DNA of 64,000 bases. Origin: a bacterium (GTDB taxonomy: Bacteria > Sysuimicrobiota > Sysuimicrobiia > Sysuimicrobiales > Kaftiobacteriaceae). Where the stretch lies: positions 17,828 to 81,827 of the forward strand of contig DATDQT010000152.1 in the NCBI GenBank assembly GCA_035292085.1. Reading direction: 5' to 3'. Made by a program: the position numbers and the translations under genes. Positions 1-8,783 of this stretch are shown piece by piece. Under the pieces are notes generated by a model. It was not told the origin of the DNA. It saw nothing but the letters and a program-made list of their open reading frames with translations, and made no database searches. Within the stretch, counting starts at the first letter, position 1. Each line of letters starts with the position of its first letter.

Positions 1-1119
1 GACCTCGTCCAGCACCGACAAGTCCATCGTTTGCGGCAGGAAGTCCTCGCCGATCCCTTCCACCTTGTACGCGTGCGCCTCGGGCATCCGGCCGGTCTTC
101 ACGTACTCGTAGTACACCGACCCAATCGGATCCGCGCCGATGACGCGCAGGCCAGGATTGCGTTCCTTCAGGTACCGCCCCGCGCCGGAGATCGTGCCGC
201 CGGTCCCCATCCCGGCGACGAGGACGTCGACCCGGCCGCCGGTCTGGGCCCAGATCTCGGGCCCGGTGGTCTCGTAGTGGGCCCGCGGGTTCGCCTCATT
301 CGCGTACTGGTTGGCGTAGAAACTGTTGGGCGTCTCCTGCGCGATGCGTCGGCTCACGCTGTAGTACGATCGCGGGTCCTCCGGCGCGACCGCGGTCGGC
401 GTGATGACCACGCGCGCCCCGAACGCGCGCAGCAGCCGGATCTTCTCGTCCGACATCTTGTCGGGCATGACGAAAATGGTATGGTACCCGCGGATCGCCG
501 CGGCGATGGCCAATCCCACGCCCGTGTTGCCCGACGTCGCCTCGACGATGGTGCCGCTCGGTCGCAGGAGGCCGGCACGCTCGGCGTCTTCGATCATCGT
601 GACGCCGATCCGGTCTTTCACCGAGCCGCCGGGGTTGAGGAATTCCAGCTTGCCGACCACGTCGGCGCGAACGCCGCGCGCCACGCGGCCCAGGCGGACC
701 ATCGGCGTGTTGCCGATGACGTCGACGATACTGTCGAAGATCTGGTCGCCACGCCGGGCTTCGGGCTTCGGGCTTCGGGCTCCGGTTTTGGTCCCAGTCG
801 GCTGTGCGATGCCCGAGGACCGAGGCCCGGGGCCCGTCAGTTCGTCCATGCCGCCCGCCATCGCGGGGATGATGGACACCTCGTCATCGTCGGCCAGCGG
901 GGTGTCGAGTCCGGCCAGCTGGCGGATCTCGGTCCCGTTGACGAAGGTGTTGATGTAACTGCGCACCGCTCCCCGCTCGTCGCACACCTCCGCCTTGATG
1001 CCGGGGAACCGGCCCTCCAGCCCGTCGAGGAGCTCCCGGACTGAGCGCGCCGGTACGTCCGCCCGGCCCTGCCCGTCCGTCCACCGACGCAGCGGACTCG
1101 GAATGTAGACGCTCACCAT
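1..1119 (-). CDS. CysO/ThiS/MoaD-like sulfur-carrier domain fused in frame to a cysteine synthase / cystathionine beta-synthase-family PLP enzyme (3' end beyond the window)
   Basis: Manual minus-strand translation from ATG 1119-1117. It is absent from the ORF track because no stop lies inside the window. Residues 1-90 are MVSVYIPSPLRRWTDGQ...DDDEVSIIPAMAGG, with the GG codons at 850-855. A ~36-aa Pro/Gly/Lys-rich linker follows, then GNTPMVRL...LEFLNPGGSVKDR...EATSGNTGVGLA...YKVEGIGEDF. ATGA start/stop overlap with the upstream gene. Confidence 0.8.
   Translation of the reverse strand, partial: MVSVYIPSPLRRWTDGQGRADVPARSVRELLDGLEGRFPGIKAEVCDERGAVRSYINTFVNGTEIRQLAGLDTPLADDDEVSIIPAMAGGMDELTGPGPRSSGIAQPTGTKTGARSPKPEARRGDQIFDSIVDVIGNTPMVRLGRVARGVRADVVGKLEFLNPGGSVKDRIGVTMIEDAERAGLLRPSGTIVEATSGNTGVGLAIAAAIRGYHTIFVMPDKMSDEKIRLLRAFGARVVITPTAVAPEDPRSYYSVSRRIAQETPNSFYANQYANEANPRAHYETTGPEIWAQTGGRVDVLVAGMGTGGTISGAGRYLKERNPGLRVIGADPIGSVYYEYVKTGRMPEAHAYKVEGIGEDFLPQTMDLSVLDEV
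755..785. repeat. Tandem heptamer repeat (CGGGCTT x3 plus one imperfect copy) inside the CysO-CBS linker coding region
   Basis: Read directly; encodes ...GARSPKPEARRG... on the minus strand. Confidence 0.8.
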
Positions 1120-2267
1120 CACTCCGCCTTTCCCAGCGCCTGTGCCAGATCACCGATCAGATCCTCCACGTGCTCGATCCCGACCGACAGGCGCAGGAGG
1201 CCGGGATCGACCTGGAGCGGCGAACCCGTCAGTGTGGCGTGGGTCATCGACGCCGGATGATCGACCAGCGATTCCACTCCGCCCAGACTCTCGGCAAGGG
1301 TGAAGACCCGCAGGCCCGCGGCCACGCGGCGGGCCGCGGGGTCGCCTCCGTGCAGCGTGAACGAGACCATTCCGCCGAATCCCGCCATCTGACGCGCGGC
1401 GAGCGCATGTCCGGGATGATCGGGCAGCCCGGGATAGAACACGCCCTGGACGGCGGCGTGCCCCCGCAGGGATTCGGCGACGCGCTGAGCATTCGCGCAG
1501 TGCCGGTCCATTCGCAGCGCCAGCGTCCGGATGCCGCGGAGGACCAGCCAGCAGTCAAACGGCCCCGGGACGGCTCCGGCCGCATTCTGGTGAAACTTCA
1601 GGGTCTCGTAGACGTCCCGGCTGCTCGTCACGACCGCGCCCCCGACCACGTCGCTGTGCCCGCCGAGGTACTTCGTCGTGGAATGCACGACCATATCGGC
1701 CCCCAGCCCCAGCGGGCGCTGGAGGTAGGGTGTGGCGAACGTGTTGTCCACGACGACCAGGGCGTCGCGACTGTGGGCCAACTCGGCGACGGCGGCGATG
1801 TCGAGGATTTTCAGGTACGGATTGGTCGGCGTTTCCACCAGCACCAGGCGCGTCTTCGCGGTCAGTGCCGCCTCGACACACGTGAGGTCGGTCATATCGA
1901 CGAAACTCACCTCGAGTCCGTACCGGCGCAGCACCTGCACGAACAGCCGGTGCGTCCCCCCATAGACATCGTCGGGCGCCACGACGTGCTCGCCGGGGCT
2001 GAGCAGGTACGCGGTGGTCGCGATCGCGGCCATCCCCGACGCAAACGCCAGGCCAAACTGGCCATCCTCCAGCGAGGCGAGGCAGGTTTCCAGCGCGGCG
2101 CGGGTGGGGTTCGCGGTGCGGGAGTAGTCGTACCCTTTGTGGACCTCGGGCGCGTCCTGGGCGTAGGTGGCCGTCTGGTAGATCGGAGGAATCACGGCGC
2201 CGGTGGCGGGATCGGGCGCCTGTCCGTCGTGAATCGCGCGTGTTTCGAAGCGCCGCCGTGATGGCAT
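1119..2267 (-). CDS. Cystathionine gamma-synthase/gamma-lyase family PLP enzyme (trans-sulfuration)
   Basis: 382-aa ORF. N-terminus FETRAIHDGQ...IYQTATY and the PLP-lysine motif HSTTKYLGGHSD are typical of the Cys/Met metabolism PLP family. Confidence 0.85.
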   Translation of the reverse strand: MPSRRRFETRAIHDGQAPDPATGAVIPPIYQTATYAQDAPEVHKGYDYSRTANPTRAALETCLASLEDGQFGLAFASGMAAIATTAYLLSPGEHVVAPDDVYGGTHRLFVQVLRRYGLEVSFVDMTDLTCVEAALTAKTRLVLVETPTNPYLKILDIAAVAELAHSRDALVVVDNTFATPYLQRPLGLGADMVVHSTTKYLGGHSDVVGGAVVTSSRDVYETLKFHQNAAGAVPGPFDCWLVLRGIRTLALRMDRHCANAQRVAESLRGHAAVQGVFYPGLPDHPGHALAARQMAGFGGMVSFTLHGGDPAARRVAAGLRVFTLAESLGGVESLVDHPASMTHATLTGSPLQVDPGLLRLSVGIEHVEDLIGDLAQALGKAE

Positions 2268-2271
2268 GGAC

Positions 2272-2976
2272 CTACGCGGGCGCAGGAACGGAGTCGCTTT
2301 CGGCCGCCCCCACGAGCGCCGATCGGGTCACCGGGATGAGATCCAGCGCGTAGACCTCGGCGAACCTCGCCGCGGTGCGGGCACGGACGTTCGCGAGGGG
2401 CACCGGCCGACCGAGGACCATGGCCATCGACGTCACCTCGCGCCCCAACCCGCAGGGATTGATGAATGAGAAGTGCGCCAGATCGGGCGCCACGTTGAGC
2501 GCGAATCCGTGCATGGTCACGCGGCGTTTCACCGCGACGCCGACGGCGGCGATCTTCATGCCGTCGACCCAGACGCCCGGATAGCCGGGTTGCCGGGCAG
2601 CCTGGAGGCCAAAGTCATCAAGGACGTTGATCAGCGTGTGCTCCAAGGAGCGCATGAACTTGCCGATGTCTTCGTTGTACGATCGCAGATCGAGAATCGG
2701 ATAGCCCACCAGTTGTCCGGGACCGTGGTAGGTGACGCTCCCGCCCCGCTCGATGTCGTACACGCCGAGTCCCTGAGCTGCCAGAGATTCGCGGGAGAAC
2801 AGCAGGTGCTCCGATTTCGATGAACGCCCGACGGTGATGACGGGCTCGTGCTCCAGGAGGATCAGTCCATCGCCAACGCGGTTGTGCTGGCGGGCGGCGA
2901 CGAGCGTGCGCTGGAGTGCCCAGGCATCGGCGTAGGGGGTAATGCCGGTGAGATCCAGCAGCCATCCGGACCGCAT
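2272..2976 (-). CDS. lipB: Octanoyltransferase (lipoyl(octanoyl) transferase)
   Basis: 234 aa; LLEHEPVITVGR...GGSVTYHGPGQLVGYPIL...KIAAVGV...HGFALNV pattern of LipB. Its stop lies 4 nt from the next start. Confidence 0.85.
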   Translation of the reverse strand: MRSGWLLDLTGITPYADAWALQRTLVAARQHNRVGDGLILLEHEPVITVGRSSKSEHLLFSRESLAAQGLGVYDIERGGSVTYHGPGQLVGYPILDLRSYNEDIGKFMRSLEHTLINVLDDFGLQAARQPGYPGVWVDGMKIAAVGVAVKRRVTMHGFALNVAPDLAHFSFINPCGLGREVTSMAMVLGRPVPLANVRARTAARFAEVYALDLIPVTRSALVGAAESDSVPAPA

Positions 2977-3003
2977 CTTGGACCCATCTTAGCAAACCTT
3001 CTT

Positions 3004-4113
3004 CTAGGACGCGGGGGTGACCTCTGGAACCTCAACCACGGGGCATTCGACCGGCGCGGCCACGACGGCCTCGCCGTCGGGAAAGCACACCAGCGGGTGC
3101 CCTGGATCGATCGAAACCGCCACACGCATGCCCGGTTGGAATGGTGCCGTGTGGTCGGCGCTGCTGTGAATCACCCGTCCGGATGGAAGCTGCACGCGGT
3201 ACAGCAGGTGCGTCCCTCTGAACTGGCGGGCGACGATGACCCCGGTATCCCCGCGGGAGCCGATCGTCACATCGTCCGCCCGCACCAGGAGATCGACCGT
3301 ACTGCCCGCCGGCAGCGGCGCGAGCAGAGGCACCAGTCCGACCTCGGTGAGCAGGCCGTCGGCGGTAACCGTCGCCGGAACAAAATCCGCGCGTCCCAGA
3401 AACGACGCGATAAACCGCGTGCGCGGCATCTGGAAAATGTGCTCTGGGGCATCGACCTGCTCGATCCGCCCGGCGTGCATAACTGCGACCTCGTCCCCCA
3501 TGAACAGCGCCTCGTCCTGATCATGGGTCACAAATACCGCAGTGGTGCGCGTGCGCCGGAGGATCTCGCGCATCTCCTCGCGCAGTTGCTGGCGCAGGTC
3601 AGCATCCAGGTTGCTGAAGGGTTCGTCCAGCAGCACGACCAGCGGCTGCCGGGCCAACGCCCGGGCGAGGGCCACCCGCTGCTGCTGGCCGCCGGACATC
3701 TCATGGGGCATCCGTGACTCCAGACCCGCGAGTCCGACCAGTACCAGCAAGTCGTGCACACGGCCGGCACGATCCGGACTGTGCGGCGGCAGCCCGTAGG
3801 CGATGTTCTCGGCGACCGAGAGATGCGGGAACAGCGCGAAGTCCTGAAACACCATCCCAATCTGGCGGCGCTCGGGCGGCACGTAGCTGCGCTCCCGGGC
3901 CACGACGCGGCCGCCGATCTCGATGGTGCCGCGGTCCGCAATCTCCAAACCCGCGATTATCCGCAGTACCGTCGTCTTCCCGCAGCCCGACGGACCCAGC
4001 AGCGAGGTGATCTTTCCCGCTCGCACCGACAGATGGAGGTCGCACACGACGGTGGTGGCATCGTAGGACTTCCACAGGCCGCGACACTGGATGGCGTACT
4101 CCACGTGCGTCAT
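3004..4113 (-). CDS. ABC transporter ATP-binding protein, Fe(III)/polyamine-importer type
   Basis: Walker A GPSGCGKTT, signature MSGGQQQRVALARAL, Walker B LLDEPFSNLD, and a C-terminal TOBE-like extension. Confidence 0.85.
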   Translation of the reverse strand: MTHVEYAIQCRGLWKSYDATTVVCDLHLSVRAGKITSLLGPSGCGKTTVLRIIAGLEIADRGTIEIGGRVVARERSYVPPERRQIGMVFQDFALFPHLSVAENIAYGLPPHSPDRAGRVHDLLVLVGLAGLESRMPHEMSGGQQQRVALARALARQPLVVLLDEPFSNLDADLRQQLREEMREILRRTRTTAVFVTHDQDEALFMGDEVAVMHAGRIEQVDAPEHIFQMPRTRFIASFLGRADFVPATVTADGLLTEVGLVPLLAPLPAGSTVDLLVRADDVTIGSRGDTGVIVARQFRGTHLLYRVQLPSGRVIHSSADHTAPFQPGMRVAVSIDPGHPLVCFPDGEAVVAAPVECPVVEVPEVTPAS

Positions 4114-5714
4114 ACGTCAAATCCCCGGCGTTCCTGCGACAGCAGCAGCGCCATCGACAGTGATGAGATCAGCAGCAACAGCAGCGCCGGCGGCGCCGCG
4201 CGGGTGAAAAACCCCTCCGTGGCCGCCGACCAGATGCGCGTCGCCAGTGTCTCAAATCCCGTTGGACTCAGCAACAACGTGGCCGGCAGCTCCTTCATCG
4301 TCGTCAGGAATACCAGCGCCGCCGCCGCGACGGCGCCGGGACGGACCAGCGGAACCGTGACCGTGAGCAGGGCCTGCCGGCTCGTCCGACCCAGCACACG
4401 CGCGGACTCTTCTTGCGAGGGACTGATCTGCTGCAGCGCCGACCGCAGCGTGCCAACGGCTTGGGGAAGAAACAGCACGAGGTAGGCAAACACGAGCACA
4501 GGCATTGTCTGGTAGAGCCACGGCACGGTGCGCGCGGCGAAGAAGACCAGCGACAAGGCGACGACAATCCCCGGCAGCGCGTAGCCGGCATAGGCCAGGC
4601 GCGTGATGAGAGTGGCCAGGGTTCCCCGGTGGCGGATGGCGAGCATCGCGATCGGCATTCCGGCTAACACCGCCGCCCCGGCGCTCAGCGCCGACGCGTA
4701 GACGGAATTCAGCGCCGGTCGCAGCGTGAGGATGAGCGGCTGGCCGTGCCGGAGCCCGACGACGAGCCAGTACAGCACGACCCCCGCCGGCAGCAGTACC
4801 CCGAGGGCGACGACCGTACCGCAGAACAGCAGCGCGGGCCACCGCCACCGGCCTAGCCGGACCAACCGCGGGCGGCGGGCGGCGGCCGCACCGATCCGAT
4901 AGTAGCGCGCGCGCTGGCTGCGCCCTTCGACCGACAAGACGATCACCGTCAGGGCGACGAGCACCAGCGACAGCACCGCGGCATAACTCCGATTGAACGA
5001 CGCCTGGTACTGCGTGTAGATCGCAGTGGTGAACGACTCGAACTGCATCATCGAGACCGCGCCGAAGTCGCTGAGGACGTAGAGCGCCACGAGCAGCGCG
5101 CCCGCACCGATCCAGGGGCGCAGCATCGGCATCGAAATCCGTCTGATCGTCTCGGCGGTCCCGTGGCCGAGGCTCCGCGACGCTTCCTCGAGCGCCGGAT
5201 CGATCCCCCGCAGACCGGCGCGGATGCTCAGCAGCACGTACGGATAGGTGAACAGGCTCAAGGTCAACCACGACCCGGGAAAGCCGTAGACCGCCGGCAG
5301 CCGCGTGATGCCCACAAGCGGTTCGAGCGCCTGCTGCAGCATGCCCGTCGGGCCGAACGCCGTGACCACGACGAACCCGCCGACGTAGGAGGGCACGACC
5401 AGGGGAAGGGCGGTGAGCACGCTCCACAGACGCGAGGCAGGCAGATCCGTGCGGACCGTCAGCCACGCCAGCGGCAGGGCGAGGGCAATCGTGGTCGCCG
5501 TCACCGCGGCGGCAAGGAGCAGCGTGTTGAACAGGATGCGTCCGGTACGCGGGCTGAGCAGGAGACTCCACCCTTCGTCCCCGGCCCCCGCAGCCCGCAC
5601 GATTAGATACGCAATAGGGAGCAGCATCGCGGCGGCCACCAGCACCGACGGGATCCAGACCTGCGCGCCGGCGCCAAGCCGGCGCTGTCGAGCGGGCAGC
5701 ACGACGTCAAGCAT
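4110..5714 (-). CDS. Iron(III)-type ABC transporter permease (duplicated two-module permease)
   Basis: Long polytopic hydrophobic ORF. Start trimmed to ATG 5714, 1 nt after the stop of the upstream binding-protein gene. Overlaps the ATPase start by 4 nt. Confidence 0.8.
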   Translation of the reverse strand: MLDVVLPARQRRLGAGAQVWIPSVLVAAAMLLPIAYLIVRAAGAGDEGWSLLLSPRTGRILFNTLLLAAAVTATTIALALPLAWLTVRTDLPASRLWSVLTALPLVVPSYVGGFVVVTAFGPTGMLQQALEPLVGITRLPAVYGFPGSWLTLSLFTYPYVLLSIRAGLRGIDPALEEASRSLGHGTAETIRRISMPMLRPWIGAGALLVALYVLSDFGAVSMMQFESFTTAIYTQYQASFNRSYAAVLSLVLVALTVIVLSVEGRSQRARYYRIGAAAARRPRLVRLGRWRWPALLFCGTVVALGVLLPAGVVLYWLVVGLRHGQPLILTLRPALNSVYASALSAGAAVLAGMPIAMLAIRHRGTLATLITRLAYAGYALPGIVVALSLVFFAARTVPWLYQTMPVLVFAYLVLFLPQAVGTLRSALQQISPSQEESARVLGRTSRQALLTVTVPLVRPGAVAAAALVFLTTMKELPATLLLSPTGFETLATRIWSAATEGFFTRAAPPALLLLLISSLSMALLLSQERRGFDV

Positions 5715-5715
5715 G

Positions 5716-6723
5716 CTAGAGTATGCCGGCCTCCCGGAGCACCCGCAGTGTCTCCTCAAGGGCCTGGAGGTGGTTCAGATCGACGGCGGGAGTGCGGATC
5801 TGGCCGAGCGGCGGGAGCAGTGGGTGCGCCGCCACCCCCACGACCAACGGATATTCGAAGGTCTCGTTGGCAAAGTAGCGCTGCGCGTCGGCGGACAGGA
5901 GAAACTCCACCAGCCGCGTGGCCGCGGCGATGTTCCGGCTGGTCGTCACGACGCCGGCGCCGGCGACGTTGATCAGATTTCCGACGTCCGGCCCCGGGAA
6001 GAAGTAGTTCCGCGCGGGGAACGACGTGCCGCGCTCGCGGAGGAACTGAAAGAGGTAGTAGTGATTCACGAAGCCAACGTCGATCTCTCCGGCGCCCACG
6101 GCCGCGACGATCGCGGTGTTGTTGCGGTAGACGCGGGGGGCGTTGGCTTTGATGCCGAGCAGCCACCGGCGGGTCCGCTCGTTGCCCCACAGCAGGCGCA
6201 TCGCGGTGACCTGGGCCTGAAAAGACCCGTTGGTCGGCGCCCACCCGATGCGGCCCCGCCACCTCGGGGTGGTGAAGTCTGCGATCGACGCCGGGAGGTC
6301 CCGGGTGGTAAGGTTCCGGGTATTGTAGACGACTACCCTGGCCCGGCCGCTGATCCCGACCCACAACCCGTCGCCTGACCGGAACCGCGGCTCAACCCGC
6401 TGTAGGATGGCATCGGGGAGCCGCCGCAGATGGCCGCCGAATGCCAGCGCTCCGAGCGCGCCTGCATCCTGCGCCACGTACACGTCGGCCGGACTGTTCG
6501 CGCCCTCTTCCATGATGGTGGCTGCCAGTTCCGCGGTTTCGCCGTACCGCGCCCGGACGGCGATGCCGGTCGCTTTGGTGAACTGTTCGAGGATCGGCGC
6601 CACCAATTCGCGGGTCCGGCCCGAATAGACGGTCAGTGAGACCCCTTGTGCCGATGCCGGAGCCAGGATGCCGGCGACGAGGACCGCGATCAGGATGGAG
6701 GCGAGGGTGACCGATCGCTTCAT
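5716..6723 (-). CDS. Fe(III) ABC transporter substrate-binding protein (FbpA/AfuA-like) with signal peptide
   Basis: MKRSVTLASILIAVLVAGILAPASAQG signal peptide. Start chosen at ATG 6723, 8 nt after AGGAGGG. The track ORF extends to 6783. Confidence 0.8.
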   Translation of the reverse strand: MKRSVTLASILIAVLVAGILAPASAQGVSLTVYSGRTRELVAPILEQFTKATGIAVRARYGETAELAATIMEEGANSPADVYVAQDAGALGALAFGGHLRRLPDAILQRVEPRFRSGDGLWVGISGRARVVVYNTRNLTTRDLPASIADFTTPRWRGRIGWAPTNGSFQAQVTAMRLLWGNERTRRWLLGIKANAPRVYRNNTAIVAAVGAGEIDVGFVNHYYLFQFLRERGTSFPARNYFFPGPDVGNLINVAGAGVVTTSRNIAAATRLVEFLLSADAQRYFANETFEYPLVVGVAAHPLLPPLGQIRTPAVDLNHLQALEETLRVLREAGIL

Positions 6724-6838
6724 TCCCATTCCCTCCTGCATGCGGACTCTGCTATGCTGATTCTTGACCTCTACACAGAACAATTAGATTCTAGGAGCGC
6801 GGAAGAAGGTTGCCCCAACAATCGTTGTTGCCAGCGAC

Positions 6839-7258
6839 ATGCTGACGGCGGCTGACCTGCGACAGCAATTTCAGCGCAGGGGCCTGCGCATCACGCCGCA
6901 GCGGGACCTCATCTTCCGGCTGCTGGAGGGCGCACAGGCCGAGCATCCCTCCGCAGAAGTACTGTACGTGCGGGCCTCGCGGGAAATGCCATCCCTGTCA
7001 CTGAGGACCGTATACGCGATCCTTAAGGAACTTGAGCAGGCCGGCGCGATCAGGCCGCTGGATCTCGGCACGGGCAGCATGCGGTACTGCGCGACACCCA
7101 TGCGGCATCACCACATCGTGTGCACGCAGTGCGGAAAGGTGAAGGACGTCTACGTCGACGTCGAGCCGGTGGAGATTCCCCCCGACCAGCGCCGCGGCTT
7201 TCAAGTCAAGGATCAGGACGTCGTGTTCCGCGCGGTCTGCACGGAGTGCCGGGCCTAG
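6839..7258 (+). CDS. Fur family transcriptional regulator
   Basis: 139 aa; LRITPQR...VY winged helix, HHHIVCTQCGKV and a C-terminal CTEC metal-site motif. Divergent from the iron ABC operon. Confidence 0.85.
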   Translation: MLTAADLRQQFQRRGLRITPQRDLIFRLLEGAQAEHPSAEVLYVRASREMPSLSLRTVYAILKELEQAGAIRPLDLGTGSMRYCATPMRHHHIVCTQCGKVKDVYVDVEPVEIPPDQRRGFQVKDQDVVFRAVCTECRA

Positions 7259-7259
7259 A

Positions 7260-7323
7260 TCCGTTCCAACGCGACAGCCACGTGATGCGGCCATGCAGCC
7301 TCTAGCGGTCGCGTTGGAACGGA
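7260..7323. terminator. Perfect 16-bp inverted repeat (TCCGTTCCAACGCGAC / GTCGCGTTGGAACGGA) with a 32-nt spacer, between convergent genes
   Basis: Read directly: arms at 7260-7275 and 7308-7323. Sits between the fur stop (7258) and the trpB2 stop (7325). No clear U-tract. Confidence 0.5.
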
Positions 7324-7324
7324 C

Positions 7325-8686
7325 CTAGCCCGGCTGAATCCCGGCCAGTTCCTTCATGGCCGCTGCGACCTGCGCCTCCGGATACGTGTAGTCCTCCAGC
7401 TGTCCCGTCAGGTAGGCGTCGTAGGCCCCCAGATCGAAGTGCCCGTGCCCGCTCAGGTTGAAGAGGATCACCCGGGACGTGCCGTCGCGTTTGCACAGCA
7501 GCGCTTCGTCGACGGCCTTGCGGATCGCGTGGGCAGACTCGGGGGCCGCCAGGATGCCTTCCGTTCGGGCGAACTGCATGGCCGCGTCAAACACCGTCCG
7601 CTGGCCATACGCCGCCGCCTCGATGAACCCGTGGTGGTAGAGGAGGCAGACCAGTGGCGCATCGCCGTGGTAGCGAAGCCCACCGGCGTGAATGGCCGGC
7701 GGCACGAAGCCATGTCCCAGCGTGTACATCTTCAGCAGCGGCGTCGTCGCGGCCGTGTCGCCGAAGTCGTAGAGGTAGAGGCCCTTGGTCAGCGTCGGGC
7801 AGGCGTCGGGCTCGACGGCGACGACGCGGACGGGATGGCCCTTGAACTTGTCGGCGAGAAACGGGAAGCTCAAGCCCGACATGTTGCTGCCGCCGCCGAC
7901 GCAGCCGATCACGATGTCCGGGTAGTCCCCGGCCATCTCCATCTGCTGTTTGGCTTCCAGGCCGATGACGGTCTGATGGAGCAGGACGTGGTTGAGGACG
8001 CTGCCCAGTGAGTACTTCGTGTCGTCGTGCGTCGCGGCGTCTTCCACCGCTTCGCTGATCGCCATCCCCAGGCTGCCCGGAGACGTGGGGTCGCGCATGA
8101 GGATCTGTCCGCCGGCGCGCGTACGGTCACTGGGGCTGGGGATCACGTCGGCCCCCCACGTCTGCATCATGACCCTGCGGTACGGTTTCTGCTCGTAACT
8201 CACCTTCACCATGTACACGGTGCACTCCAGGCCGAAGAGTTGGCACGCCAGCGCCAGGGCACTGCCCCACTGCCCGGCCCCGGTTTCCGTCGTCAAGCGG
8301 CGGACGCCGGCCTGTTGGTTGTAAAAGGCCTGGGCCACCGCGGTATTGGGTTTGTGGCTCCCCGCCGGGCTCACGCCCTCGTACTTGTAGTAGATCCGCG
8401 CGGGCGTATCCAGCGCGGCCTCCAGCCGCCTGGCGCGATACAGGGGCGTCGGCCGCCACAACCGGTAGATCTCTCGCACGGGTTCCGGAATGGGGATCTC
8501 TCGCTCCGTGCTGACCTCTTGCAGAATGAGCTCCATTGGAAACAGCGGGGCCAGGTCGTCCGGACCGATCGGCTGCCTGGTGCCCGGATGGATCACCGGC
8601 GCCAGGGGCACCGGCAGGTCGGCCGCGATATTGTACCAGGCCGTGGGGATGCGGGACTCGTCCAACACGTACTTGACGGACTCCAT
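7325..8686 (-). CDS. TrpB2-type tryptophan synthase beta-like PLP enzyme
   Basis: [24 protein letters not shown]...[13 protein letters not shown]...GCVGGGSN motifs. Start at ATG 8686, 7 nt after GAGGAGG. Confidence 0.85.
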   Translation of the reverse strand: MESVKYVLDESRIPTAWYNIAADLPVPLAPVIHPGTRQPIGPDDLAPLFPMELILQEVSTEREIPIPEPVREIYRLWRPTPLYRARRLEAALDTPARIYYKYEGVSPAGSHKPNTAVAQAFYNQQAGVRRLTTETGAGQWGSALALACQLFGLECTVYMVKVSYEQKPYRRVMMQTWGADVIPSPSDRTRAGGQILMRDPTSPGSLGMAISEAVEDAATHDDTKYSLGSVLNHVLLHQTVIGLEAKQQMEMAGDYPDIVIGCVGGGSNMSGLSFPFLADKFKGHPVRVVAVEPDACPTLTKGLYLYDFGDTAATTPLLKMYTLGHGFVPPAIHAGGLRYHGDAPLVCLLYHHGFIEAAAYGQRTVFDAAMQFARTEGILAAPESAHAIRKAVDEALLCKRDGTSRVILFNLSGHGHFDLGAYDAYLTGQLEDYTYPEAQVAAAMKELAGIQPG

Positions 8687-8783
8687 CAGAGACGCCTCCT
8701 CAACCCAGGTCACCGGGGATCCGGGTCGCCTGGCAGCCGAGAACTAGAGTGCGGATATTCGCGTGGACATCGGGGGTTCCTGG

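Noticed and set aside
31-1044. 337-aa plus-strand ORF at the left edge of the window
   Set aside because: Its Arg/Gly/Pro/Ala-rich low-complexity translation is typical of an antisense shadow in high-GC DNA. The opposite strand encodes a recognisable CysO-like plus cysteine-synthase-family protein across the same bases.
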